From assembly GCA_965224025.1 (NCBI GenBank), contig OZ245033.1, positions 2,336,001-2,400,000 of the forward strand: a stretch of 64,000 bases of DNA, in the 5' to 3' direction. The notes under the pieces are model-generated. The model saw nothing but the letters and a program-made list of their open reading frames with translations. It made no database searches and was not told the DNA's origin. Source of the DNA: Candidatus Multivorans sp. (GTDB lineage Bacteria > Acidobacteriota > Thermoanaerobaculia > Multivoradales > Multivoraceae). Shown here piece after piece: positions 1-9,361 of the stretch (position 1 is its first letter; the number at the start of each line of letters is the position of its first letter). The translations under genes were made by a program, and so were the position numbers.

Positions 1-643
1 CGGCGCCGTCGGCGCCGTCGGCTTCTTCACCGGTTTCGTCCTCCACTTCCTCGCCGTCCTCCTCCTCGCCGGGCGGGGTCTCCGGCGGCGTCGCGTTCTC
101 GAACTCCACGCCACCCACCAGAATGCGGGCGTCTCGCGGCAGGACCAGGAAGGAGACGCGGCCCACCAGTCTTTCCTTCCGACCCTTCAGACGGTCGGTC
201 AACTGCTTGCCGGCGGTCTCCTCGTCCAGCTCGAAGAGGGGATCGAGGCGGACGATCCGGTCGAGCGCGTCGTCGGCGGCCTCCCGGTCGCTGAGCGTCC
301 AATGGGCGGCGGCCAGGTAGAGCCAGGCGGTGCGCAGGGTCTCGAACAGGCGTGGGTCGTTGCCGGCGAGTTCTCGTCCGTCGCCCGTTGCCTCGGCGAG
401 CGGCGCCAGAGTCTCGACTACGCTTTGCAGGATGGGAATCGCTCCTTCGGAGTCGCCTTCCGCGTAGAGGTCGCCGGCCTCGGCCAACGCGGCCGTCGCC
501 TGCGGCGGCAGCCGGCTCGAGTGCTCGGTATCGAGATCGCTGCGGCCGATCTCCTGGACGCCGAAGCGCTGCGCGGCGAGGGGGCCGGAGAGGGCGAGGA
601 GCGCCGGCAGGATGGCCGCCGCGGCGGTGAGCTTGTGGCGCAT
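1..643 (-). CDS. Secreted TPR-like/PEGA-type protein, 5' part (runs off the window edge)
   Basis: Not in the ORF track. Hand translation from ATG at 643 gives MRHKLTAAAAILPALLALSGPLAAQ (signal peptide), then a helical TPR-like segment (YLAAAHWTLSDREAADDALDRIVRLDP) and PEGA-like GRVSFLVLPRDARILVGG. No stop before base 1. Confidence 0.6.
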   Translation of the reverse strand, partial: MRHKLTAAAAILPALLALSGPLAAQRFGVQEIGRSDLDTEHSSRLPPQATAALAEAGDLYAEGDSEGAIPILQSVVETLAPLAEATGDGRELAGNDPRLFETLRTAWLYLAAAHWTLSDREAADDALDRIVRLDPLFELDEETAGKQLTDRLKGRKERLVGRVSFLVLPRDARILVGGVEFENATPPETPPGEEEDGEEVEDETGEEADGADGA

Positions 644-667
644 CGCGCTATTGCTACTCCACATGAG

Positions 668-1996
668 CTACTCCACGACCAGGACGGTACCGAGCCGGCT
701 GTCGGCGATGAAGATGCGCGCCCGGGCGTCGACCGCGATGTCCTCCGGCGCCCGCAGCTCCTGGGCGCTCGGGAGGATGGGTCCGATGGTGGCGATGGGT
801 GTGGCAAACGGATCGTAGACCAGGACCTGGAGCTTTCCCGTGTCGAGCACGTAGCGGTTGCCGAACGGGTCGACATCGAGCGCCACCGGCCGCTTCCATT
901 CGGCGCGGAAGGACTCCTGGAACCTGCCGTCGGCGCCGAAGCGGAGCACCGATGGGGCTTGCGAGCGGGAACCCGCGTCCAGGACGTGGATGGCGCCGTC
1001 TTCGCCCAAGGCGAGGTCGATGGGCTCGGTCATCGCGGCCACCCGCAGGGTTTCTAGCGGGCGGCCGTCCGGGTCGTAGCGGAGCACTTCGGCGACGCGG
1101 CGCGAGAGCACGGTCCAGTTGCCGAACTCGTCCTGGTGGGCGGCGACGATCCGGTCGAGGGCGCCGGCCCGCGGGCGGGTGAAGGAGACGGTCGCGAGGT
1201 CCTGGAGCCGGGTCACTCCGTCGGCGGTGATCACGGCCGCGGCGCCGCGGGAAGCCTGGCTGGGCCGGACGATCCCGCGGAGGTCGCGGGCCGAGGACGG
1301 CATTCCGCCGGCATCCAGGATCGCCGCCCGGTTCGTGTCGGTGACCAGGAGCTCGCCGTCCGATCCGGCCGCGACTCCACGGGGCTTCTCGATTCCAACC
1401 TGCTCGGGCAGGTAGGGCCGGGACCGGCGCCAGGGTTCCTTTCCGGCCAGCGGGCGCAGGATCAGGCGGTGGATCAGGGTCATCCGCTCGAGCGCCGAAT
1501 CGGCGAGGTCGGTCAAAGGCCCCCCATCGGCGGCTGCGAGGCGTAGCCAGCCTTCCCGCGCCAGCCGTAGATGGTCGACTGCTTCCTGCCAGTCGCCCCT
1601 CGCGAGCAGCAGTTCGCCGAGTTCGAAGTGGGCCCGCGGCGTCCACTCGCTCTCGGCCTCGCGCTCCAGCACCCGCAGCAGCTCGCCGGCGGCTTGCGCC
1701 GCGTCGCCGGTGCGCCGGCCGAGTGCGGCTGCCTCGACCAGGGAGCGGCCGCGAATTGCCGATCGCGGGTGTTCGCTTTGCGGGAACCGCCGACTCAGCG
1801 CCAGCAACTGCCCGCGCGCTTCCACGAGGTCGTCGGTGCTGCGGGCGGTCTGCACGCTGGCGAGAACCGCGTCCACGGCCGCGGCCGCCTCCGGTTCGGC
1901 CGCCTCGTGCTGGGCCGGCAGAGCCGCGGCGACGAAGACAACGCCGACGCCGAGCCAGAGGTCGAGATTCCGGCCGCGCCGGAGGAGGCAGACCAA
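668..1996 (-). CDS. TPR + NHL-repeat (beta-propeller) protein
   Basis: TPR-like segment RAHFELGELLLARGDWQEAVDHL. NHL-like repeats PRGVAAGSDGELLVTD, PVALDVDPFGNRYVLD and PEDIAVDARARIFIAD. Start uncertain (TTG at 1996 chosen). Confidence 0.7.
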   Translation of the reverse strand: MVCLLRRGRNLDLWLGVGVVFVAAALPAQHEAAEPEAAAAVDAVLASVQTARSTDDLVEARGQLLALSRRFPQSEHPRSAIRGRSLVEAAALGRRTGDAAQAAGELLRVLEREAESEWTPRAHFELGELLLARGDWQEAVDHLRLAREGWLRLAAADGGPLTDLADSALERMTLIHRLILRPLAGKEPWRRSRPYLPEQVGIEKPRGVAAGSDGELLVTDTNRAAILDAGGMPSSARDLRGIVRPSQASRGAAAVITADGVTRLQDLATVSFTRPRAGALDRIVAAHQDEFGNWTVLSRRVAEVLRYDPDGRPLETLRVAAMTEPIDLALGEDGAIHVLDAGSRSQAPSVLRFGADGRFQESFRAEWKRPVALDVDPFGNRYVLDTGKLQVLVYDPFATPIATIGPILPSAQELRAPEDIAVDARARIFIADSRLGTVLVVE

Positions 1997-2024
1997 CCCA
2001 CTCGGCCTGCAGCCGGTCGGGCGG

Positions 2025-3851
2025 CTACGCGTCGAGTTGCTCGTTGAGCCGCTCGTCACTGATCCGTTGGGCGCTTGGCGAGAGAGGGGCATGAATGAGA
2101 ATCAGGTTGGCGCGCGCAATCGCCTTTGCCGCGTCGCCGAGATCCTGGTAGGTGAGCATCTCCTTGTAGAGCACGTCCGCGAGTCTGTTCAACTGCCCTT
2201 CGACCTCGCCCGCGTAGGGGCCGTCCGGGAAGCGCTCGAGATACTCCGACCCGCTTGTGATGTCGTCGTAGTCGGCGACCAATTTGCCCAGCCGATCCTC
2301 GGCTCGCTCGCCCAGTTCGGGGTCGCGTTGCTGGAGGGCCAGATGCTGGAGCGAGCCAAGACGGGTGAGCACCGGCGCCAGGTTGCGCAGCCCGCGCTGG
2401 GCGGCGGCCGCCGGACTGTCTCCGTCTTCCTCGATGGCCTCGGCCGGTTCCGATTCCCAGGCCTTGAGGAAATGCTCCACCGCGTCCGTCTCGCGGCCGA
2501 GCCGGCTGTAGGAGATCCCCAGCAGCAGGGCCACCCTGGGCGCCCGCGGAGAGTCGGGATAGTTGGAGAGGAATGCCTCGAGGAAGGGAGTCTCGAATAC
2601 GCCCCGGTCGAGGATCCCGATCGACTGGCCGTAGAGCTCTTCCGACTGGCGGCGAAGATCGGCCAGCTCGTTGCTGAGCACCGCCAGGAAGGGCGAGTCG
2701 GGGGTCAGGGCGCGCACGTTCTCCATCTGCCGGCGGTAGGCGGCGGTCACGCGGCCGAAGTCTCGCGAGGTGGCCAGACGCTCCAGTTCGACATCGCGAA
2801 GCTTGTGCAGCTTGTCGAGCCGCAACGACTCGGCGGCAGTGCCGGAGGGCCAGGCGTGAAGCGCCAGCTCCCCCAGCAGCTCGATTTCGGGCGACATTGG
2901 TGGCTGTCCCTGCGGGCCGCTGCGCCGCCGCTCCGTCGTCCCGCGTGCCCCGAACTCGAGTAGAACCGTCTGCGTCTCGGCGCGGTACGCATCGACTTCT
3001 TCGGAGGGCGCCGGCGCCAGGGTCGCCAGGTAGCGGCCGCGGGCTTCGGCGGCGTGGACGCGCGAGTCGAAGAAGGGGTGCGTCTGCCAGTAGCCGAGGA
3101 GGTTCAACTGCGAGATGCGTTCGCCCATCCTGGCCATCAACCGCGCCAGCCCGTTCGGGTCGAAGCCGGCGGCGGCCGCGTAGCGCTGCCCCTCCTCGTC
3201 GCTCTGGTCCTCGTGCTCGCGGGAGTAGCTGCGCATGAGCAGTTCGGTGAGCACCATGCCGCCGGTGAGAGCCGCCTGGGCGGCGGCGGCGGTCGACCCT
3301 TGGTCGCGCGTGTAGCCGTAGGGACCGACGTAGCCGTCGTCCCTGTCGGCCGCGCTGGCCGCGATCAGGCCCACGGAGAGCAGCGAACTCGCCACATTGA
3401 GCCAGGTCGCGCGCTTCTTCTGCTTCAGGAAGTGCTCTGAGGTGACATGCGCGATCTCGTGGCCGAGGAGCGCGGCCAGCATGTCATCCGAGAGCCCGAG
3501 GTCGAGCATGCCTCGGGTGACGAAGATCTGCCCGGCGGGTAGGGCGAAGGCGTTGGGAAGCGGCGTGTCGACGACCGCGAATGTAAAAGGATAACGGTCG
3601 AAATCAGAGTGATAGGCCACGCGGTAGCCGATCCGGTTGACCCGTTCCTGCGCCTCCGGGTCGTCGAGCAGCCCGTACTGCTTCACCGCCTGGGCGGCGG
3701 CGGCCAGGCTCTTCTGGAACAGGGCGGGATTCGAGATCTCGACGGCGGGCGCGGCCGTTGCATTCACGAGACACCAGACCAGGGCGACGGCGGTTGCGGA
3801 CCGCGCGGATGCCCTGGCGTGGGATGTTGGGTGGCTGCGTCGCACGCTCAT
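2025..3851 (-). CDS. M48 family zinc metalloprotease (BepA/YfgC-like) with C-terminal TPR-like region
   Basis: PNAFALPAGQIFVTRGML, HEXXH motif LGHEIAH, YSREHEDQSD and THP motifs, plus a signal-like N-terminus from ATG 3851. Confidence 0.88.
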   Translation of the reverse strand: MSVRRSHPTSHARASARSATAVALVWCLVNATAAPAVEISNPALFQKSLAAAAQAVKQYGLLDDPEAQERVNRIGYRVAYHSDFDRYPFTFAVVDTPLPNAFALPAGQIFVTRGMLDLGLSDDMLAALLGHEIAHVTSEHFLKQKKRATWLNVASSLLSVGLIAASAADRDDGYVGPYGYTRDQGSTAAAAQAALTGGMVLTELLMRSYSREHEDQSDEEGQRYAAAAGFDPNGLARLMARMGERISQLNLLGYWQTHPFFDSRVHAAEARGRYLATLAPAPSEEVDAYRAETQTVLLEFGARGTTERRRSGPQGQPPMSPEIELLGELALHAWPSGTAAESLRLDKLHKLRDVELERLATSRDFGRVTAAYRRQMENVRALTPDSPFLAVLSNELADLRRQSEELYGQSIGILDRGVFETPFLEAFLSNYPDSPRAPRVALLLGISYSRLGRETDAVEHFLKAWESEPAEAIEEDGDSPAAAAQRGLRNLAPVLTRLGSLQHLALQQRDPELGERAEDRLGKLVADYDDITSGSEYLERFPDGPYAGEVEGQLNRLADVLYKEMLTYQDLGDAAKAIARANLILIHAPLSPSAQRISDERLNEQLDA

Positions 3852-3895
3852 AGGATACCGCTGTGGCGGCCTCACAGCCGGTCGAGGCGTTGGCG

Positions 3896-4558
3896 ATGGC
3901 GGCGCGGAGCAGCCGCGGCCATGAGCCTTGGGTGTTCTACCCGCGCGATGGCCGCTGGCGGTGGTGGTCGTTTCAGCGCGGCTGGACCGAGGTCGAGCGC
4001 TGGCGGGCGGCGCTGGAGAGCGGTGAACGACCATCGGTCGACCGGATCCCGGCGCCCCAGTCCTCTCCGCAGGCGCTCTGTTGCCACCTCGCGGCGGCCT
4101 CGGCGGAGACCGTCGCTGCCGCTGTCTTCGACGAATTGCTGGCGCCGCGGCAGCCGGCGCGGGAGATCGTCGTCGTCACCCCGCCCGCGTCGGCGTCGCC
4201 GTCGCGGCTGGACAGCCTGGCCGTGCCGTGGCTGCATTGGTGCTGTGCGAATCTGGCGGTGCTGGTGCTCGAACCGAGCCGCGAGGCGCTGGTCGGTTCG
4301 GTGCTGTGGTGCCGGCCGACGGTGCTCCTTGCCGGCATGGCGCAGGAGCGCGCGCTCGCCGCCGCGGTGCGGGAGCGGAGCCGGAACCGTGAACGCCGGG
4401 CCGCGGCGATGCTCGACCGGCTCCGTGTCCTCCTGGTTGCGGCAGAAGATCCGGAGGACGGCGGCGAAGCGCCGGATACGGCCGCCTCGTGGCGCGCCTG
4501 GGGCGTCGAGCGGCGGTTCGTGTGTCGTGAGGACTCTGGATCGCCCTCTCGCCGGTGA
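3896..4558 (+). CDS. Hypothetical protein, weakly resembling the N-terminus of an AMP-binding acyl-CoA ligase
   Basis: Plausible codon usage. PWVFYPRDGRWRWWSF and RPTVLLAG segments recall ligase N-termini, but no intact AMP-binding motif is seen. Confidence 0.35.
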   Translation: MAARSSRGHEPWVFYPRDGRWRWWSFQRGWTEVERWRAALESGERPSVDRIPAPQSSPQALCCHLAAASAETVAAAVFDELLAPRQPAREIVVVTPPASASPSRLDSLAVPWLHWCCANLAVLVLEPSREALVGSVLWCRPTVLLAGMAQERALAAAVRERSRNRERRAAAMLDRLRVLLVAAEDPEDGGEAPDTAASWRAWGVERRFVCREDSGSPSRR

Positions 4559-4659
4559 CGCCCGCCGGGGCCGGGCCGTTGATACAGTGCCGGCAGTTGA
4601 ACACTGCAGGTCGGAGCGGCGCGGATGCGCCCCCGGCCGGTGCCCGAAGGAGGCCCAGG

Positions 4660-5712
4660 ATGAAGTTCCGGTTCTCGCCGCTGCTGGCGCTGCTCCTGAT
4701 TGCTGCGGCCGTAACCGCGCCGGCCGGCGCCGCGGGCTTTGCCATCAAGATGGCGACGCTGTCGCCCGACGGTTCGCCCTGGGATGGTTTCTTCGACACC
4801 ATGGGCCGCGATTGGGAGAAGGGCACCGATGGCCGGGTGAGCCTGACGGTCTATCCCGGCGGCGTGGCCGGAGACGAGCCGGACATCCTGCGCAAGATGA
4901 AGATCGGCCAGTACCACGCGGCCGCTCTTTCGGTCAGCGGTCTGGCCGACATCTCCAAGGACTTCACCGTCTTCGAGATACCCCTCTTCTTCCGCTCGGA
5001 GCAGGAGATGTTCCATGTCCTTGGGGAACTGACTCCCGGCTTGCGGGCGAAGCTGGACGAGAAGGGCTTCGTGCTCCTGGGCTGGGGCTACGTGGGGCAG
5101 GTGCATTTCTTCACGAATCGGCGGGCGCGCACCGTCGAGGAGATGCAGCGGCTCAAGATCTTCACCTGGGCCGGCGACGAGGCGATGACGGACTGGTGGC
5201 GGCGGGGCGGCTTCAAGCCGGTGGCGCTGGCCGCCACCGACATCGTCACCGGTCTGCAGACCGGCATGATCGATGCCCTCGCGGTGCCGCCGATCTACGC
5301 CATGTCGGTTCAGTTCTTCAAGCGGGCGAAGTACTTCGCCGATATTCCGCTGATCCCCATGATGGGCGCCATCGTGGTCACCAAGCGGGCCTGGAACCGT
5401 GTCTCGGAGGCGGATCGGAAGGTGCTGGTCGAGGGCGGCCAGCGGGCCGAGAACCGGATCTTCGAGACGATCCCCAGCATCGAGCAGGCGACGATCAAGC
5501 TGATGGCAAGCCAGGGGCTGGAAGTCGTTCCGATCGTGGGCACGGAGGTGGAGGACGACTGGAAGCGCATCGCCAATGACTTCGCCGAGGACATGCGCGG
5601 GAAGACGGTCCCGGAGGCGATCTTCGACCGGGCGACGGCGGTGCGGGACGCGTACCGCAAGCAGCAGGAGGCCGAAGCGGCCGCGCCTGCCGCCTCGGAC
5701 AGCGGCCGGTAG
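4660..5712 (+). CDS. dctP: TRAP transporter substrate-binding protein DctP
   Basis: RBS AAGGAGG, signal peptide, IKMATLSPDGSPW, YPGGVAGDE and GLQTGMID motifs. Confidence 0.9.
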   Translation: MKFRFSPLLALLLIAAAVTAPAGAAGFAIKMATLSPDGSPWDGFFDTMGRDWEKGTDGRVSLTVYPGGVAGDEPDILRKMKIGQYHAAALSVSGLADISKDFTVFEIPLFFRSEQEMFHVLGELTPGLRAKLDEKGFVLLGWGYVGQVHFFTNRRARTVEEMQRLKIFTWAGDEAMTDWWRRGGFKPVALAATDIVTGLQTGMIDALAVPPIYAMSVQFFKRAKYFADIPLIPMMGAIVVTKRAWNRVSEADRKVLVEGGQRAENRIFETIPSIEQATIKLMASQGLEVVPIVGTEVEDDWKRIANDFAEDMRGKTVPEAIFDRATAVRDAYRKQQEAEAAAPAASDSGR

Positions 5713-5737
5713 CAGCTTGCGCCGCTGGAATCGCAGC

Positions 5738-5855
5738 CCCCTGGGAACCCGTGTGGCGCGATTCCGCGCCACACGCGAACCACTCCGTGCGCCCGTCGGC
5801 GGGCGCACGGATGGAACGCGGGCATCCTGCCCGCATTCGGCGCGAAGCGCCGGCC
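5738..5855 (+). repeat. Modular palindromic REP-like element, full-length intergenic copy A
   Basis: CCCTGGGAAC, hairpin CGTGTGGCGCG/CGCGCCACACG, CGAACCAC, hairpin TCCGTGCGCCCG/CGGGCGCACGGA, TGGAAC, hairpin GCGGGCA-TCC-TGCCCGC, hairpin CGGCGC/GCGCCG. The same modules recur at 8 other sites. Confidence 0.9.
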
Positions 5856-5865
5856 GGGTCTTCGC

Positions 5866-7701
5866 TTGACGGAGAGCGTCGCCGCGGCCCGGCTCAGGGC
5901 CCCGGTGCGCTTTCTCCATCGCGTCGAGGACGGCCTCTCGAGCGTGCTGCTGGCCGCCATGGTGCTGCTGCCTCTGGCGGAGATCGTCGTCCGCCAGACC
6001 GGCACCGGCATTCCCGGCGCGCTTCCCTTCGAACAGCACCTGACCCTCTGGATCGCGTTCCTGGGCGCGGCCCTGGCGGCGCGCGAAGGGCGCCTGCTGG
6101 CCCTGGCCACCGGGACCCTGCTCCCCAAGGGCCGGTTTCGGAGCGCGGCTGCGGTTCTGACCGGCGGCGTCAGCGCGATGGTGGCGACGCTGCTGGGGCT
6201 GTCCAGCCTGGAACTGGTGCAGATAGAGCGCGAGGGCGGTATCGAGATGGCGGCCGGCGTACCCGTTTGGGTGGGGCAGGCGATCATGCCGGTCGGTTTC
6301 GGGCTGCTGGCGCTGCGGCTGGCGTGGAAGTCGTCGGATCGCCGGCTGGGGCGCGGTCTGGCGATGCTCGGGATCGCGCTGGGATTCTGGATCAACGCGA
6401 ACGCGGACGCCTTCGCCGATGGCACGGCGGTGCCCTGGCTGGTGCTGATTCTGGCTTCGACGCTGCTCGGGGGGCCTATCTTCGCCGCTCTTGGCGGAGC
6501 GGCGGTGTTCCTGTTCCTCGCCGACTGGGTGCCGCTCGCCGCCATCCCGGCGGAGAGCTACCGGCTCGCCGTCTCGCCGACCCTGGCGGCTATTCCGCTG
6601 TTCACGCTGACCGGGTTCCTGCTCGCCGAGGGCGGCGCGTCCGAACGGCTGTTGCGCGTCTTCCGCGCGATGTTCGGCTGGGCGCCGGGCGGGACGGCGG
6701 TGGTCTGCGCCGTCGTGTGCGCGTTCTTCACCGTGTTCACCGGCGGTTCCGGCGTGACCATCCTGGCGCTCGGGGGCGTTCTCTTCGCCGCCCTCTCGGC
6801 GGACGGCTATCGCGAGCGGTTCTCGCTCGGGCTCCTGACCTCGTCCGGATCCCTGGGTCTCCTGCTGCCGCCGGCCCTGCCGCTGATCCTGTTCGGCATC
6901 GTCGCGCAGGTGCCGATCGAGGACCTGTTCATCGGCGGCCTGCTGCCGGGCATGTTGTTGATCCTGCTGATCGCTGCCTGGGGTGTGCGGGAGGGCCTGC
7001 GCGGCGGCGCCCGCCGAAGCCGCACCTCGGTTGCCGAGATTGGTCGCGCCGTGTGGGCCGGCAAGTGGGAGCTGTTGCTGCCGGTAGTCATTCTGTTTGC
7101 GATCTTCAGCGGTGTGGCGACCCTGGTCGAGTCGGCCGCCCTGGCTGCTCTCTACGCCTTCATCGTCCAGTGCGTGATCCACCGCGACCTGAAGGTGGGG
7201 AAGCCGCTGATCGCGGTGTTCCGGCAGTGCACGGTGCTGGTCGGCGGCGTGCTGATCATCCTGGTGGTGGCGATGGGGCTCACGAGCTGGCTGGTGGATG
7301 CCCAGGCGGCCCAACATCTGGTCGAGCTGGTGCAGGACAACATCGAATCGAAGATCCTCTTCCTGCTGCTGCTCAACGTCTTTCTGCTCCTGGTCGGCTG
7401 CCTGATGGACATCTTCTCGGCCACCGTCGTCGTCGTACCCCTGATCATCCCGATCGGTCTGGCCTTCGGGGTCGACCCGATCCACCTCGGAATCATCTTC
7501 GTGGCCAACCTGGAGCTGGGCTACCTGACGCCGCCGGTGGGTCTCAACCTGTTCCTGGCGTCCTACCGCTTCGAGCGGCCGCTGCTTGTGATCTACCGGG
7601 CCGCGGTGCCCGCACTCGTCATACTCGGCGTCGGCGTGCTGCTGATCACCTACGTACCGGTTCTGACCCTGGGCCTGCTTGAGTTGTTGGGGAGATCGTG
7701 A
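5866..7701 (+). CDS. TRAP transporter fused small+large permease (DctQ-DctM)
   Basis: Very hydrophobic. DctM motifs AIPLFTLTG, SGSLGLLLPP, GVDPIHLGIIF and GYLTPPVGLNLF, with a DctQ-like N-terminus. Confidence 0.9.
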   Translation: MTESVAAARLRAPVRFLHRVEDGLSSVLLAAMVLLPLAEIVVRQTGTGIPGALPFEQHLTLWIAFLGAALAAREGRLLALATGTLLPKGRFRSAAAVLTGGVSAMVATLLGLSSLELVQIEREGGIEMAAGVPVWVGQAIMPVGFGLLALRLAWKSSDRRLGRGLAMLGIALGFWINANADAFADGTAVPWLVLILASTLLGGPIFAALGGAAVFLFLADWVPLAAIPAESYRLAVSPTLAAIPLFTLTGFLLAEGGASERLLRVFRAMFGWAPGGTAVVCAVVCAFFTVFTGGSGVTILALGGVLFAALSADGYRERFSLGLLTSSGSLGLLLPPALPLILFGIVAQVPIEDLFIGGLLPGMLLILLIAAWGVREGLRGGARRSRTSVAEIGRAVWAGKWELLLPVVILFAIFSGVATLVESAALAALYAFIVQCVIHRDLKVGKPLIAVFRQCTVLVGGVLIILVVAMGLTSWLVDAQAAQHLVELVQDNIESKILFLLLLNVFLLLVGCLMDIFSATVVVVPLIIPIGLAFGVDPIHLGIIFVANLELGYLTPPVGLNLFLASYRFERPLLVIYRAAVPALVILGVGVLLITYVPVLTLGLLELLGRS

Positions 7702-7767
7702 ACCCTGTTCTTCTTCTGGTTTCAGCCGCGGCGACCACGCCGCCCGGAACGTGAAGGGCGGAGCGGT

Positions 7768-8352
7768 ATGAGATTCCGGACGGCTACGACGAACTGGAAG
7801 CGCCTGCAGTCGGTCGCCGTCGTCTGGTCCACCGTCTTCGTGGTCGCCGCGATCCTGGCCGTGGTGGGTGTCCAGATCGTGCCGCGCGACGTTTCGGGGC
7901 TGGTCGGATCGTTGCACGTGCTGGTGGCGGCGATCGGTTTCTTCTGCGGCGTCGCGGCGACCCGGCGCCGGGCGGAGGTCGAGGCGGAACGATGGGAGCG
8001 CGTCGAGGACTCGGATCTCACCACGAGCGAGCGGGAGCACGCCCACCGGGAGGCGGAATCGGACCTGAAGCGGGCGAGCGCCCAGTTCCTGCTCGCCGGC
8101 GTGACCCTGGGGGGCTGGCTCGCCTACCAGTTGCGTGCCGAACGTCCGGAAGCCGGCGCCGCGGTCACGGAGCTTCTCGGCGGCGAGGCGCCCGAGGTGC
8201 CCGCTTCCGTCGAGACGCTGACGGAGACCCTGGCTGCTGAGCCCGTGTACAGCGTCAGCGCGTCCGATCTGCTCATCGCGACGCCGCTCATCGCCTTCGG
8301 TCTCGGCATGCTGTGGGCGCGATACCGGGTACCCGGGCCCTATGGGGGTTGA
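7768..8352 (+). CDS. Hypothetical membrane protein
   Basis: About four hydrophobic segments and host-like codon usage. Confidence 0.6.
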   Translation: MRFRTATTNWKRLQSVAVVWSTVFVVAAILAVVGVQIVPRDVSGLVGSLHVLVAAIGFFCGVAATRRRAEVEAERWERVEDSDLTTSEREHAHREAESDLKRASAQFLLAGVTLGGWLAYQLRAERPEAGAAVTELLGGEAPEVPASVETLTETLAAEPVYSVSASDLLIATPLIAFGLGMLWARYRVPGPYGG

Positions 8353-8609
8353 CGAGATCCTCGATGGATGGTCGCCGCGCAGCCGTCCAAGAAGCCAGAG
8401 TGGCCTCAGAGAGTCTTGTCCAGTCCTGGAACGAGCCAGACGGGACCGTGCTTGAGAGAAGAGCCGGTCGCGAGGAAGAAGGACTCTGAAGCTGTAGATG
8501 GCGCGTCAGCGGGGTCAGTCGCCCCGGGTTGGGCCTCGAGGTTGGCGGGAAGCAGCGGTTGGTGCTTCGGCTGGTGCGGACGGCGGCACGGGGACCAGGT
8601 ACAGATGGC

Positions 8610-9335
8610 TGCTGGATAGCCCCGCCAGACGCTCGAACCGCGCATCGCCGAAGACCTACGCGGTCTTCGAACCGACCGGCCGCTACCACCGCCGGCTGCA
8701 CCAGTGCCTTGCCGCGGACGGCTTGCGAAACTGCTCTGGTGCAACCGGCCCGTGCTCGTCGGTTCGCCCAGGCGTTCGGCAAACTCGCCAAGACGGATCG
8801 CGTCCATGCGACGATGTTGGCCCGGCTGGGACGTCTGGACGGGATGGAGGCGACGCCGCCAACGGCGCAGAGCCTCTATAGGCTCAAGGATCTCGTGCTG
8901 ATCCGTCGGCGATTTGTCGACGAACGCGCCGACCTGGGGAGGTTGGCTTCGGAACTCGAATCCAAGGCCGGTCTGCGGCAGGTACGGCTGCAACTGCGCT
9001 GTCTCGCCAACCGCGTTGCGGCGCTCGACCGGGACAAGCACCAGGGCCGTCGCCACGTGCGAGGCGGTCGCACTGCGCCTAGGCGAGCCATGTACATGGC
9101 TCGTCTGGCGGCCGTCCGCTTCAATCCCCCTCAGCGCGACTTCTACCGCCGATTCCGCGAAGCCGGCAAGGAACACAACGTGGCCCTCGTCGCGGTCATG
9201 AGAAAGCTCGTCATTCTCGCCAACGTCCTGTTGCAGCAAAGATCGCCTCTGGCTACCCCAACCGCCACCGCCGCCGAAGGCCGCAGAAACGCTCGAATGC
9301 TCCGGCCACCTGGCATCTTGACAACACGGTTGCTC
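8610..9335 (+). pseudogene. IS110-family transposase remnant (frameshifted, internally deleted)
   Basis: VFEPTGRYH in one frame. ARRFAQAFGKLAKTDRVHATMLA and RGGR..RRAMYMA...FYRRFREAGK...VALVAVMRKL in another. The N-terminal GIDVSK-type motif and the central PGIG region are missing. Confidence 0.8.
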
Positions 9336-9361
9336 ATCTCTCGTGGGACAAGGCTTGCTCA

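Noticed and set aside
3973-8046. 1357 aa minus-strand ORF and many other long overlapping ORFs (e.g. 25757-27682, 35979-38390, 52132-53667)
   Set aside because: Shadow frames of real high-GC genes on the opposite strand or in another frame. They are Arg/Pro/Ala-rich and lack recognisable motifs.
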